Shown piece after piece: positions 9,588 to 19,567 of a DNA stretch of 64,000 nucleotides (the stretch's first letter is position 1; every line of letters starts with the position of its first letter). Below the pieces are notes generated by a model. It saw only the letters and a program-made list of their open reading frames with translations, did not search any database and was not told where the DNA came from. This stretch comes from a virus: positions 2,677-66,676 of the IMG/VR virus record IMGVR_UViG_3300017971_000041. The stretch is one strand, 5' to 3'. The position numbers were made by a program, and so were the translations under genes.

Positions 9588-10613
9588 ATGGCTACTTCAG
9601 AAAACGCAAAAGTCCAGATTGAATCTGGACAGTCGTTGGTTACTTATGCCCAAATGACCGACAGTGGGGACCAGCAGGTTTTTACCGTTTCCGGGGGTTT
9701 GGTTTGGTCTGGTCGAGCAGGATATGCTCCGGTAGTTCGACCAAATGGTATTGAATCCGGGCGTAACATTTTATCCGCCCATGCCAGCAATGATACAGTC
9801 AGTATTGCCTCGTTTACAGCATTTATCGGGGGAACTCAATATTCAGTTAGTGCAACCTCGGCAACCTTCAGTCGTCCGGCGACAGCTTCAAAAGCACAGG
9901 TCATATCGATGACTTTGGCTTCTGACGGCTCAACCGTCGAAGCCGTTTCAGGTACAATCAGCGCCACTACGGCTTTTTCCGAAACAAGAGGCGCTGCCGG
10001 AGGTCCACCACTCATTCCAGTCAAATCAGTTGAGTTGGGTCAAATCCGCATCACCGCTGCCACACCCGCCGTGGTTGCTTCGACTGAACTGTACCAAGTT
10101 CCTGGCGAACACACAGAACGTTGGGACTATCCGAACTTTTCGATCAATCGGATAGGCGATGGTGAAGCTGCAACCGTGGCTGCTAAAAAGAACGCCCATG
10201 TTGTTTTCGATGACGCAATGGAAGCGAACCATGTTGGTAGCGTGGCCAAGCAGGTGTTTATTCAATATTATACACCGATCTTTTCGAAAGTACAACGTGC
10301 TATCGACTTTACCCCCATTGAGGAGAGCCATTCGGTTAACAGTCAAGAATTTTACGGGGGAACTGTTGCATCGAAAACGTCCTCACTTGGCCAAGGTTCG
10401 TTTACTGCCTTGCTTGACGATGGTGTTCGGGACAACCTGGTTGCTTTGAAAAATCAGCTCCTGACTTTTAAGTTCTTCCCGGATGAAAATAAAACGCCGT
10501 ATGTTCTCACCCAGGGATATCTGGGTCTGGGTCGTACATTCCCGAAGAGCAATCAAAATCAGGCAGCTGCGACGATTTCCGGCGAAACTCAATCGGCGGA
10601 ATTTAATTCTTAA
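9588..10613 (+). CDS. Putative major tail tube protein
   Basis: Strong RBS, S/T/A-rich 341 aa, lies between the terminator and the chaperone/tape measure genes. Confidence 0.55.
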   Translation: MATSENAKVQIESGQSLVTYAQMTDSGDQQVFTVSGGLVWSGRAGYAPVVRPNGIESGRNILSAHASNDTVSIASFTAFIGGTQYSVSATSATFSRPATASKAQVISMTLASDGSTVEAVSGTISATTAFSETRGAAGGPPLIPVKSVELGQIRITAATPAVVASTELYQVPGEHTERWDYPNFSINRIGDGEAATVAAKKNAHVVFDDAMEANHVGSVAKQVFIQYYTPIFSKVQRAIDFTPIEESHSVNSQEFYGGTVASKTSSLGQGSFTALLDDGVRDNLVALKNQLLTFKFFPDENKTPYVLTQGYLGLGRTFPKSNQNQAAATISGETQSAEFNS

Positions 10614-10643
10614 TCTTTAATTTTTAACCGTATTGGAGGAAAC

Positions 10644-12482
10644 ATGCCCGCGAAACAAAAACAAATATTGGTAACAGGATTCCCCAGATCTGGGTTTGGC
10701 AGCTTAGGTCGGATTCTAAAACTCAACAGCATTCATGTGGGCCATGAGACAATTGAAGAACATGGGACTGTCTCATGGTGCCACACTGGGTACGGGAAGC
10801 TGTCATGGCTTGATGAACCAGTTAAAGACGTGCGAGACAATTCTGATATTATTGTCCATCTTGTTCGATTTCCACTAAATGTTATAGCTTCAGCAGGGAC
10901 ATTGACCGTGGAAGTAATTAATTTTATGCGGCAAAATTTAGGGAAACCTGAATTGACCACGGTAACGTTGGCTGATGTAGTTGAATTGTATCTTGATTGG
11001 AATCAACGGATCGAAGACAGTGATCCACATTGTTGCATAAAAATTGAAGACTTGAATGATTCGGCAGCAGTTCGGGGACTGATTGATCGCTTACGGGCTC
11101 CCATGGCAGCGGCCTTTTATCAAGATAAGATCGAAAAGGACTTCAATGCTCGCTCACACCAACAGCTGAATTGGCGTATTTTACGAAACGAATTGCCGAC
11201 TGAATTGTTTGATCGGTTGGTTGCTAAAACGGAATCATATGGGTATCCGATTCCTGAACCAACCACCGTGGCTGTGTGTATCATGGGGAAAAATGAAAAG
11301 CATTACCTCGAATCGTTGGTTAAAAGTATTAAAGAAGTTAGCCAGCCGAAATCAAAATTTTATGACCGGGCTGTGTATCTCGATACCGGTAGCACTGACG
11401 GGTCAGTCGAGTTTATGGAAAAAGCAGGATTCGAGGTTCATCGAACTGAGTGGCAAGACAATTTCTCTCTGCATCGGAATGAGCTTATTGATATTGTCAA
11501 AACTGGATGGATCGTGATGGTTGATTGCGACGAACGATTAGTTGGTCATTTCGGGCTCCTGAAGGGTCTCCTCAGCGATGTTCCCTATGATGTCAATGCT
11601 CTACGAGTTCGTATGGAAGATTTTAAAAATGGCAAGGCCTCGATGGTGTGGAATGTTGAGAAAATATTCCGGGCTGATACGTGCCGCTATGAATCCCGCG
11701 TCCATAATCAATTGAAATTCGAAGGGACCGCGCCCCAATGGATGGATGGGAAAATTGAGCACCATGGCTATGATATTTCAAAAGAAGCTATGGATAAGAA
11801 AATGGCCCGGACCCAAAAATTGCTGGCAATGCGGTTAAACGAAAATCCAGACGACCATGATGTTTATTTTTACATGGCCCAGAACGAATCGTATTTTAAT
11901 AATTATGAGACGGCATTGGGATACGTTGAGAAATATATCGAGGCTTATGCAAATAATTCGAAAATCAATAAATCGATATATCTGATTTATTGCCAGCTTC
12001 TTTATAATCTCGACCGGTTCCAACAACTCGAGGGCGTATATGAATGGTTACTTGTGAATTCCACACATGACCTTGATGTTTATTATCACATGACGGTTTA
12101 TGGGATTTCAAAGCGAAAGAGTCGATGGATAAAGATCGGGACAGAAAATTATATTGAAACCAGTCTCCGTTTCCAGCAATCGCCGGAACTCATGAACTCG
12201 TTCTTTTTTCACTACCTCGGCGATGAGCATTCCATTTTCATTTTGTCGGCAAATACCACGGAATTGTTTCGGTTAGCTGTAGAACGCCATAAGTACTTGC
12301 ACAAACTTAAGTCAATCGTCCCAGAGGGCCATACTTTTGCAGCCAACGTTGACAAACAACTGAAACGATATGGAGTCACTATCGGCTCGAATGTCCAGAC
12401 CGCGAAGTTGAACAAATGGAAAGACAAACCCTACCGTGGTAAGAAAAAATCGAAAAGGGTCCGCCGCGCAAAAAGGCATTAA
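10644..12482 (+). CDS. Sulfotransferase-like domain fused to GT2 glycosyltransferase and TPR region
   Basis: N-terminal 'ILVTGFPRSG' (PAPS-loop-like) and 'HLVRFPL.VI.S'. GT-A motifs 'CIMGKNE', 'LDTGSTDGS', 'W.DNFS.HRN', 'VDCDE', 'VHNQL', 'HHGY'. Helical C-terminus. Confidence 0.8.
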   Translation: MPAKQKQILVTGFPRSGFGSLGRILKLNSIHVGHETIEEHGTVSWCHTGYGKLSWLDEPVKDVRDNSDIIVHLVRFPLNVIASAGTLTVEVINFMRQNLGKPELTTVTLADVVELYLDWNQRIEDSDPHCCIKIEDLNDSAAVRGLIDRLRAPMAAAFYQDKIEKDFNARSHQQLNWRILRNELPTELFDRLVAKTESYGYPIPEPTTVAVCIMGKNEKHYLESLVKSIKEVSQPKSKFYDRAVYLDTGSTDGSVEFMEKAGFEVHRTEWQDNFSLHRNELIDIVKTGWIVMVDCDERLVGHFGLLKGLLSDVPYDVNALRVRMEDFKNGKASMVWNVEKIFRADTCRYESRVHNQLKFEGTAPQWMDGKIEHHGYDISKEAMDKKMARTQKLLAMRLNENPDDHDVYFYMAQNESYFNNYETALGYVEKYIEAYANNSKINKSIYLIYCQLLYNLDRFQQLEGVYEWLLVNSTHDLDVYYHMTVYGISKRKSRWIKIGTENYIETSLRFQQSPELMNSFFFHYLGDEHSIFILSANTTELFRLAVERHKYLHKLKSIVPEGHTFAANVDKQLKRYGVTIGSNVQTAKLNKWKDKPYRGKKKSKRVRRAKRH

Positions 12483-12498
12483 AAATTTTTATTAATTG

Positions 12499-12530
12499 AC
12501 ATATCCCGGAAATATTTTTCCGGGATATGT
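12499..12530. terminator. Inverted repeat between the GT gene and the tail chaperone
   Basis: ACATATCCCGGAAA / TTTCCGGGATATGT. Confidence 0.45.
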
Positions 12531-12545
12531 ATATCGGAGGCAAAA

Positions 12546-13052
12546 ATGGATATTGAAAAATTTCGTACAACGAGTTTTAAGAACCGAGTTGCAAAAATCG
12601 CGGTTCCGGAATTGAAAAATTTTTTCCCAGAAGGCGAAGAACCCGTCTGGGAAGTAAGGGGTGTTTCGGGCCACGAGTACGGTCAAATTCAAGAACGGTT
12701 AAATAATAAGACTTTCACGGTTGAATTTATGAAAGGGATTTCTGATGCAACCGGCCAAAAAGCAGCTGACGCTGTTAAGCGTATGTTAGGCTTTGACGGC
12801 GAGACCCCCAATGATTTGATTCGTCGATTTGACATGTTATTTGTTGCTTCGATAAATCCCGTAATCGAACGGCGAGATGGGATTTTATTGTGTGATGCCT
12901 TCCCAACAGTTTTTTATAAAATCACGAATAAGATTTTGGAATTGACGGGAAAGGGTAAAGATATGGAGGGGCATATGCCCTGTGGGGACGAGAAGACGTC
13001 CAAGCCAGCTGCTGGTACGGATGGAAATTCGGAAAATTCTTGTACGAACTAA
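12546..13052 (+). CDS. Tail assembly chaperone (gpG-like)
   Basis: Immediately upstream of the tape measure; RBS GGAGG; overlapping -1 frame ORF. Confidence 0.65.
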   Translation: MDIEKFRTTSFKNRVAKIAVPELKNFFPEGEEPVWEVRGVSGHEYGQIQERLNNKTFTVEFMKGISDATGQKAADAVKRMLGFDGETPNDLIRRFDMLFVASINPVIERRDGILLCDAFPTVFYKITNKILELTGKGKDMEGHMPCGDEKTSKPAAGTDGNSENSCTN

Positions 13053-13162
13053 GACCAGACATTTTCCCACAGGGCTATTTGACGGACGATGAGCGAATGG
13101 TTTGGTCAATATTCCTTGATGAGCTTGAGCAAATGAGGAAAACAAAACATGGCGGATGTTAA
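12959..13162 (+). CDS. gpT-like -1 frame ORF without its own canonical start (not in the ORF track)
   Basis: Reads YGGAYALWGREDVQASCWYGWKFGKFLYELRPDIFPQGYLTDDERMVWSIFLDELEQMRKTKHGGC*. Fills the gap to the tape measure gene. Confidence 0.55.
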   Translation, partial: RYGGAYALWGREDVQASCWYGWKFGKFLYELRPDIFPQGYLTDDERMVWSIFLDELEQMRKTKHGGC

Positions 13163-15866
13163 AAAGACAATTGAAATTTTATTTACAGCTACGGATCGAG
13201 CAACTTCAGTATTTGATGACGTAGCTAGCGGCATGAGCGATTTAAATTCTAATTTAACCAACATGACTCAGCCGTTTGCTGACATTGCTGCAAGAATTGA
13301 AAAATTGACAGCGGCGTTGGGAGCCTTTGGAGCAGTTGGTCTAGCTTATGCATATAATGAATCGCTAAAATTTCAGTCTGCTCAAATCGAACTGGAAAAA
13401 GTTGTCGGCGACAATCAAGCTCAAATTTTAGCAGCTTCCGACAATGCTCGATTGCTTGGAGCTGAATACGGTAAAATGAGCAGCGAGGTAATCGAGTCGA
13501 CAGCTTCTTTCAAGCAAGCTGGGTTCGATGTCGAGGAAGCCATGACATTATCAAAAAATGCCATGGACTTAGTTATTGCCGGCGGAGTAGGAGCAGCCGA
13601 ATCTTCAGAAATACTGATTTCTATACTCAAAGGCTTTAAAGCTCCTGCTGAAGATGCTGCTCGTGCTATTGACATCATGAACGAAGTAAGCAATAATTAT
13701 GCCACTGACGTTCAACAACTCGGAATTGGTATGGCAGGTATTTCACCAATTGCGAAAACAATGGGCTTTTCAATGGAAGAGACCGCAGGTTTAGTCACGC
13801 CAGTTATTGAAGTCTTTCGATCTGGCTCTGAAGCTGCTATCGCTATGAAGACAGGCCTTTTGAAATTAATCGATGACTCCGCCCCCGTGGAAGCTGCATT
13901 GAAACAGTTGGGCGTAGCTCAGAAAGATGCGAATGGACAGCTAAGGTCTGGTAAAGACATTTTATATGATGTGGCTAAAGCATTCGAATCGGCTAACGAA
14001 AATCAAAAATTATTTTTAACGAAAGAACTCGTCGGTATCGATCAATCAGCACGAATGGTTGAAGTTTTTAACAACCTCACAAAAGCAACCGAAATCACAG
14101 CCACGGCGATGGGAGCCGCGGGTAGTGCAACAGCTGAGGTCGAAAAACGTTTGGCTTCCAGTGAAGTAATTGTTCAACGGACCATCGTTTCTTTTCGAGA
14201 ATTGGCTGTAACGATCGGTAATCAATTTCGAGAAGCTGCTGACGGAGCATTAGAAGGTGCCACTGACATTTTTGATGCTTTAAATGAAGCAGTCGACGAA
14301 GGTGTTTTTGATGAAGTTTTTAATTATATTGAAGCATTCTTCAATAAAATTGGCGACACAATGTCAGACGTAGCAGAACAACTCCCAGAAGCCTTTGAGG
14401 GCATTGAATTTGATGGGTTGATTAATGCTATTGACGACTTGTTTTCGGGCCTTACAGACCTCGTTGAGGGCTTTTTTGGAGGCCTTGACTTGACAACTGC
14501 TGAAGGAATAGAGGCTGCCGTCCAAACCGTGGTCGATTCTATTGAAACTTTAATCCAGTTGGCTGCCGGAATAGCCAAAGCTTGGCAACCATTCATTGAG
14601 GGTCTGGGGGATTTAGTTCGTAACTTTAATGATTCGGGCGAGGAGAGTAAAGAATTAGTCGGCAATATTCTGGGTCTGGGGCAGGCAATAAATTCGATCC
14701 TTGGAATAACAGGTGGTTTTGTTGATTCGGTTCAAGGGATGACTAGTGCATTGACGGCGATGGCATCTGTCAGTGCTGGACATCATTTAGTTCAACTCCT
14801 GGGGTTGTTGACGGGTGGGGTGATTTCAGCTCCAGTAATTGGAGTTACTCTTGGAGTAACAGCAATAGCTGGGGGAGTTGCATATGCTGCGAATGAAGTT
14901 CTGGATTGGGCATTGGGGGAGGAACCAGACGTCCCTGATGCAAATGCAGCTTTTCAAATTGATGTGGGCTATGGAGACGGCACAATTTTTGATCCGACCA
15001 CAGGGGAGATTCGTGATCAAGAAGGGAAAATTTTATACACAATTGGTCTGGACAAGGAATCAGTTGTCGATGTACAAACGCGAACTGAAGAAGTAATTGC
15101 TGCGTTATATGATGATCCAGAAGGTGGGATTGGGATTCCAGCATACATTAATAAACCCGATACTGATTCGTTGACTCAAGCTCTCGATGAATTGGGGGTT
15201 TTAAAAGTCCCTGTTGAGGCTGACACTGAAAAAGCTGAAACCGATTTGCAGCAATTCCGCAGTGAATGGTATAAACAAGATGGGGAATGGATCGAAATAA
15301 AAGTCCCGATTGAGGTCGATACTTCTGCTATTAAAGACGCGAAAGACGACATTGACAAATTGCCCGATTACAAATTGATTAAAATTGAGGCTGAGAATCA
15401 AACCAAAAAAGACATTGCCAGAATAAAAGCTGAAGCTGACATTTTGAAACATGCTTTCGAGTTGAAAGCAGACTTAGACATTGCAAAAATCGAAGCAGAA
15501 GCTGAAAAAATTGAAGCATTAGCTGACTCCGTGGCTAGAACCTTTGAGGATACTGGGCAAGCAATTAGCAGTTTGTTTGGGCAGCTTGATAGTGCTGAAA
15601 ATAATCGAGATCGGTTTGCACTTCAACGGCAAATTGAACGGGAAAACGAACGCCGTGATAAAGCTTTACAATTGCAAGAAGAATTGGTTCGTGCTGAAGT
15701 CGAATTAATGGAAGCCCGGTCAAGACGCCTAGATTCTGGCGATGCACTTTTCACAATTAACGGGGAGGGACTTGAACCCCATCTGGAAATGATTTTTATG
15801 GAAGTGATGCAGTTGCTTCAAAATCGTGCTAATGAAGAAGGGATAAAATTGCTATTGGGGATATAA
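13149..15866 (+). CDS. Tail tape measure protein (TP901-type core)
   Basis: 905 aa, helical A/E-rich. 'QAGF', 'LKGFK', 'MGFSMEETAG', 'SGSEA..AMKTGL..L', 'DANGQLRS'. Confidence 0.92.
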   Translation: MADVKKTIEILFTATDRATSVFDDVASGMSDLNSNLTNMTQPFADIAARIEKLTAALGAFGAVGLAYAYNESLKFQSAQIELEKVVGDNQAQILAASDNARLLGAEYGKMSSEVIESTASFKQAGFDVEEAMTLSKNAMDLVIAGGVGAAESSEILISILKGFKAPAEDAARAIDIMNEVSNNYATDVQQLGIGMAGISPIAKTMGFSMEETAGLVTPVIEVFRSGSEAAIAMKTGLLKLIDDSAPVEAALKQLGVAQKDANGQLRSGKDILYDVAKAFESANENQKLFLTKELVGIDQSARMVEVFNNLTKATEITATAMGAAGSATAEVEKRLASSEVIVQRTIVSFRELAVTIGNQFREAADGALEGATDIFDALNEAVDEGVFDEVFNYIEAFFNKIGDTMSDVAEQLPEAFEGIEFDGLINAIDDLFSGLTDLVEGFFGGLDLTTAEGIEAAVQTVVDSIETLIQLAAGIAKAWQPFIEGLGDLVRNFNDSGEESKELVGNILGLGQAINSILGITGGFVDSVQGMTSALTAMASVSAGHHLVQLLGLLTGGVISAPVIGVTLGVTAIAGGVAYAANEVLDWALGEEPDVPDANAAFQIDVGYGDGTIFDPTTGEIRDQEGKILYTIGLDKESVVDVQTRTEEVIAALYDDPEGGIGIPAYINKPDTDSLTQALDELGVLKVPVEADTEKAETDLQQFRSEWYKQDGEWIEIKVPIEVDTSAIKDAKDDIDKLPDYKLIKIEAENQTKKDIARIKAEADILKHAFELKADLDIAKIEAEAEKIEALADSVARTFEDTGQAISSLFGQLDSAENNRDRFALQRQIERENERRDKALQLQEELVRAEVELMEARSRRLDSGDALFTINGEGLEPHLEMIFMEVMQLLQNRANEEGIKLLLGI

Positions 15867-15867
15867 A

Positions 15868-16209
15868 ATGATTTGTATATCGAGTACCATTGGGAGTGGT
15901 CGTTCGGTACAATTCCAGGAAACAGGCGAGACGATATTATACAATTTAAAAGCCCGTTTGTCTCATTCTGAATTATTAGATGGGACTTCATTCGTCTTAC
16001 ATTCCGGAACGAATGTTGGGGACATGACACCTAACATTTCCGCGGATTATGAACCGACACTCTGGGCAACTTTAAAAGAGATTCATGAAAATGATTCGAC
16101 AGTTTTATTATCATGTAAGGAGGGGCTGTTTTTAGCTTACATCGATTTTCTGTCTTTAAAAGGGACCCAGATCCAAATAACTATGAGGATCCAACAAAGG
16201 GAGACATAA
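15868..16209 (+). CDS. Putative distal tail protein
   Basis: Directly after the tape measure; 'RLSHSELLDG' motif; 113 aa. Confidence 0.45.
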   Translation: MICISSTIGSGRSVQFQETGETILYNLKARLSHSELLDGTSFVLHSGTNVGDMTPNISADYEPTLWATLKEIHENDSTVLLSCKEGLFLAYIDFLSLKGTQIQITMRIQQRET

Positions 16210-17354
16210 TGATAGCCGCCGCGTTGATGTTACGCCCAGATGAGTCTGGGCTAGAAAAATGTTTAAATTCAATAGACCCAATAGCAGACGAAATTGTCGC
16301 TGTTATCACGGGGGAACCGAGCCAAAGAACCAAACAGCTATTGTCACGATTTAATGTACAGTTCAATACCACGGTTTGGCGTGAAGATTATTCATATCAC
16401 AGAAATCAATCTTTCGACATGGTAAGTCCGGAAGCTGATTGGATCTTGCGTATTGACAGCGACGAGGAATTGATTTTACTGGACAAGAACCAACTGATCA
16501 ATACACTCAAAACTGCACCAAAAGAAGTTGATTGTTGTAGATGCAAAATGAAGGACTACCGTGGTAATACCGTCGTGATGGAATTTCCGCAATTGCATTT
16601 CTTTCGCGCAGGAACTGTCCAGTGGCGATATCGAAAACATAATACTCCTATATTTGCTGGAGAAATTATGCATCTCGATTCGTGTGTAACACACCATTAT
16701 GGGTATGATCTTGAGCCGAAAGCCATGGAGGCAAAACGGCAAGAAGCAATTCGGTTGATCAAATTGACGATGCAGGACTATCCCGGTGAGTATCCCGGAG
16801 ATTTTTATCTTTCCCAGATTTATGCACAGGATAAACCCAATGAAGCGATTAAACATCTGGTAAAATACATTGCCGAGAATGAAGATTCACCAGGATTTTT
16901 GAAGGCTGCTTATTCGTCTCTGAATTCCTTGTATGAAAAACTGGGAGAGACTGATAAGGCAATGGAAATTTTAAAAAGAGGTCTGGAGAAATTACCTCTG
17001 GATCTCGATTTAAATTTTCTTTTATGCCATCAATCTGTTCGAGATAACGATTACCAGTCGATGGTTAAAGGTGCGGAGAGATACATTCAAGCATGGAATA
17101 TTTATAAAAAACATGTTGACTTTTATGATCATTTTTGTTATTTTCATACGGATGAACACATTAGATTCGTATTGCATAAACTGGCCATTGCTCGGCTGCA
17201 AGAAGGAATTAGTTACGTTAATCACTTTTTTGGATTTGCGGATACTGATAACATTAATGACATAATGGTAAAAGACTTATCAATCCTTGGCATTGATTGG
17301 GAATGGGACGTCAATTATCCCATCGATGCTCAAAATATCCTAAAAGGAGTTTAA
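16209..17354 (+). CDS. GT2 glycosyltransferase with TPR repeats
   Basis: 'LEKCLNSI..IADEIV.V.TG', 'W.EDYS.HRN.S', 'WILRIDSDE', 'KHN', 'HHYGY', TPR-like helices. Confidence 0.85.
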   Translation: MIAAALMLRPDESGLEKCLNSIDPIADEIVAVITGEPSQRTKQLLSRFNVQFNTTVWREDYSYHRNQSFDMVSPEADWILRIDSDEELILLDKNQLINTLKTAPKEVDCCRCKMKDYRGNTVVMEFPQLHFFRAGTVQWRYRKHNTPIFAGEIMHLDSCVTHHYGYDLEPKAMEAKRQEAIRLIKLTMQDYPGEYPGDFYLSQIYAQDKPNEAIKHLVKYIAENEDSPGFLKAAYSSLNSLYEKLGETDKAMEILKRGLEKLPLDLDLNFLLCHQSVRDNDYQSMVKGAERYIQAWNIYKKHVDFYDHFCYFHTDEHIRFVLHKLAIARLQEGISYVNHFFGFADTDNINDIMVKDLSILGIDWEWDVNYPIDAQNILKGV

Positions 17355-17355
17355 C

Positions 17356-17925
17356 ATGCAAAAATTGCGAATGGGTGTTCGAGTTGATGCCCAATTAATT
17401 AAGAAACGGAAACAAGGCCAAAAAATAAAAATTGCATCCACCTGGACCGTGGAGCATTTGCGTCAAGGGAAACAAATCAACCGAATTTCCGTTGATAATA
17501 TAATGCCGAACCAAGTTATTAACCACGTCCTGGATGGAATTTGGTCCGGTGCGACAACTTATGCCACTTGGTATATTTTGATATTTTCTTCGACCAGTAC
17601 TGCTTATACTCCTGCTTCAACGGATACTTATGCGACTCCGAATTTTACCGAAGCCTCGAGTTACACAGGTAACCGACCGACGTGGCAGGAAGCTGGTGCG
17701 TCGGCAAAGTCCATTACGAATTCTGCTAATAAAGCATCGTTTACTATGAATGGTAATGATGCAGCTATCTACGGATGCGCCCTCGTCAATGTTGCAACTC
17801 CTGGCGACCAAGCTGCTTCAAATGGGATTTTGGGCCCAGTAGCTCATTTTCCGGCTGCAATTACGGGTATTGTTAACAACGATGAAATTAAGGTCTATGT
17901 GACGATTAGTGGCAGTGACGCCTAA
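17356..17925 (+). CDS. Putative tail/virion protein
   Basis: RBS AAGGAG; S/T/A-rich beta protein in the tail module. Confidence 0.55.
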   Translation: MQKLRMGVRVDAQLIKKRKQGQKIKIASTWTVEHLRQGKQINRISVDNIMPNQVINHVLDGIWSGATTYATWYILIFSSTSTAYTPASTDTYATPNFTEASSYTGNRPTWQEAGASAKSITNSANKASFTMNGNDAAIYGCALVNVATPGDQAASNGILGPVAHFPAAITGIVNNDEIKVYVTISGSDA

Positions 17926-18024
17926 GAATGTAGTGGGAGCCCAAAATTTTTTAACTTGTCTGTTTTTAAAATTGTTTTTGGGATAAACGTGGGCTCCCAC
18001 TTTTAATTGATTCGAGATAATATA

Positions 18025-19551
18025 ATGGGATTGAAAAATAATTTAATATCTGTATGGGACCTTGATGGCGACGCTAACGATTCTCATGGGTCGAATGATG
18101 CAACAGCCGGTCCAGGATTAACATATACCACAGGTAAGGTAGGTCAATGCGGTGTGTTTACTAAAGACACCGACGAGACCCTTACAACTGGGTATACGGC
18201 ACCAGCAGCGACTCATTTTTCAGTTTCGTTTTGGGTAAAGTATAATGATTCATCAAATTTAAAAATATACGATACAGACGATTCCGACAATTATCTGAGT
18301 ATCTGGTGTTTTTCTGACGAAATTCGAGCCTCCGCCCATGACAATACTGATCATCTATTTGTCAACGGAGGCGACATAGCCGACGACGCATGGCACCACG
18401 TGGTTGTCGTATACGATAATACCGAAGTCGAGTTAAGGATTTACGTTGATAATTCACTAATTGCTTCCGATGATACGGCAGTGTCTGGGCTCTCAATTAA
18501 CGGTGGGGCTGTGTATTTGGGCAGTGACGGTGGAACTGGCAATCCGTTCGAAGGGAATTTGGATCAAATTGCGATTTGGGATAAGATCATTGATACTGAC
18601 GACATCTCCGAATTATACAACTCAGGAAGTGGATTGGCATACTCTTCGTGGTCATACACTGAAGTGCCAGAAGAATACATTGACGATGAATTCTCCTTGA
18701 CTGAAGGAGCCGACCACAATCATAGAAATGTAGGTGAGGGTCTGGGTCTCTCGGAATCAGTTTCAGCATTGACGTATACTCAGGGAATTTCTGAAGGAAT
18801 CGGTCTTTCAGAGGACATTACCGCGTTAACATATTCCCAGGGAATTTCGGAAGGTCTGGGTTTAAATGATTTAGAAATCGGTGGTCGAGGTTATACAACA
18901 GGAATCGAAGAATCATTAGTTATGTCAGATACACAAGATGGAGAAAATTTTACAGCATGGTACGACAATAATCATTCACGAATCGAATATTATTACACAA
19001 TAGGATTGACGACACGCACACAGCGATGGCAGATAAGTCAAGTTATTCCGGCTAAATCGTTTCAAGCTCGTCGTAGGAGCGGATATCCGTCTTACTTATC
19101 AGTTGTTGTACCATATTCGGTTGAAAATCTCAATTATATCACTGCCCACAATGGCGGGGACCTCGTGGTATTAATGGAAGCTCGAGTCAACGGAGTTGTA
19201 CATTGGTCGGAAGAAATTTCACGAGTGGCTATCGAGGGATATTCGATAAGTGAGGGCGGGACAAATTCTTCAATTACAATCACTGGACATTATACATATC
19301 AGTATGCTCGTGGGTATACTACTTTGTATACAACGTTAAAAAATGTAATGACTCGGACTTTACAACAAAATGGTTTTTTACGTTTTCGGTGTGCGGTTCC
19401 CGATTTTTATTTGTATCCAGGAATGAGAGCATATTACGATGGGTCGTATTTTTACGTTGAGTCAATTTCATATGTGGTTAATTCTAGAACCAGCTACATG
19501 GACGTGACCGAAGGTTCATACATTGTCTATCGTGATGGCGGTGGATTGTAA
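18025..19551 (+). CDS. Tail protein with N-terminal LamG/concanavalin-like domain
   Basis: 'WDLDGDANDSHG', 'FSVSFWVK', 'WHHVVVVYD', 'IYVD', 'F.G.LDQIAIW...I.ELYNSG'. Internal EGLGLSE repeats. Confidence 0.75.
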   Translation: MGLKNNLISVWDLDGDANDSHGSNDATAGPGLTYTTGKVGQCGVFTKDTDETLTTGYTAPAATHFSVSFWVKYNDSSNLKIYDTDDSDNYLSIWCFSDEIRASAHDNTDHLFVNGGDIADDAWHHVVVVYDNTEVELRIYVDNSLIASDDTAVSGLSINGGAVYLGSDGGTGNPFEGNLDQIAIWDKIIDTDDISELYNSGSGLAYSSWSYTEVPEEYIDDEFSLTEGADHNHRNVGEGLGLSESVSALTYTQGISEGIGLSEDITALTYSQGISEGLGLNDLEIGGRGYTTGIEESLVMSDTQDGENFTAWYDNNHSRIEYYYTIGLTTRTQRWQISQVIPAKSFQARRRSGYPSYLSVVVPYSVENLNYITAHNGGDLVVLMEARVNGVVHWSEEISRVAIEGYSISEGGTNSSITITGHYTYQYARGYTTLYTTLKNVMTRTLQQNGFLRFRCAVPDFYLYPGMRAYYDGSYFYVESISYVVNSRTSYMDVTEGSYIVYRDGGGL

Positions 19552-19567
19552 GAAATTTAAGGTGATT

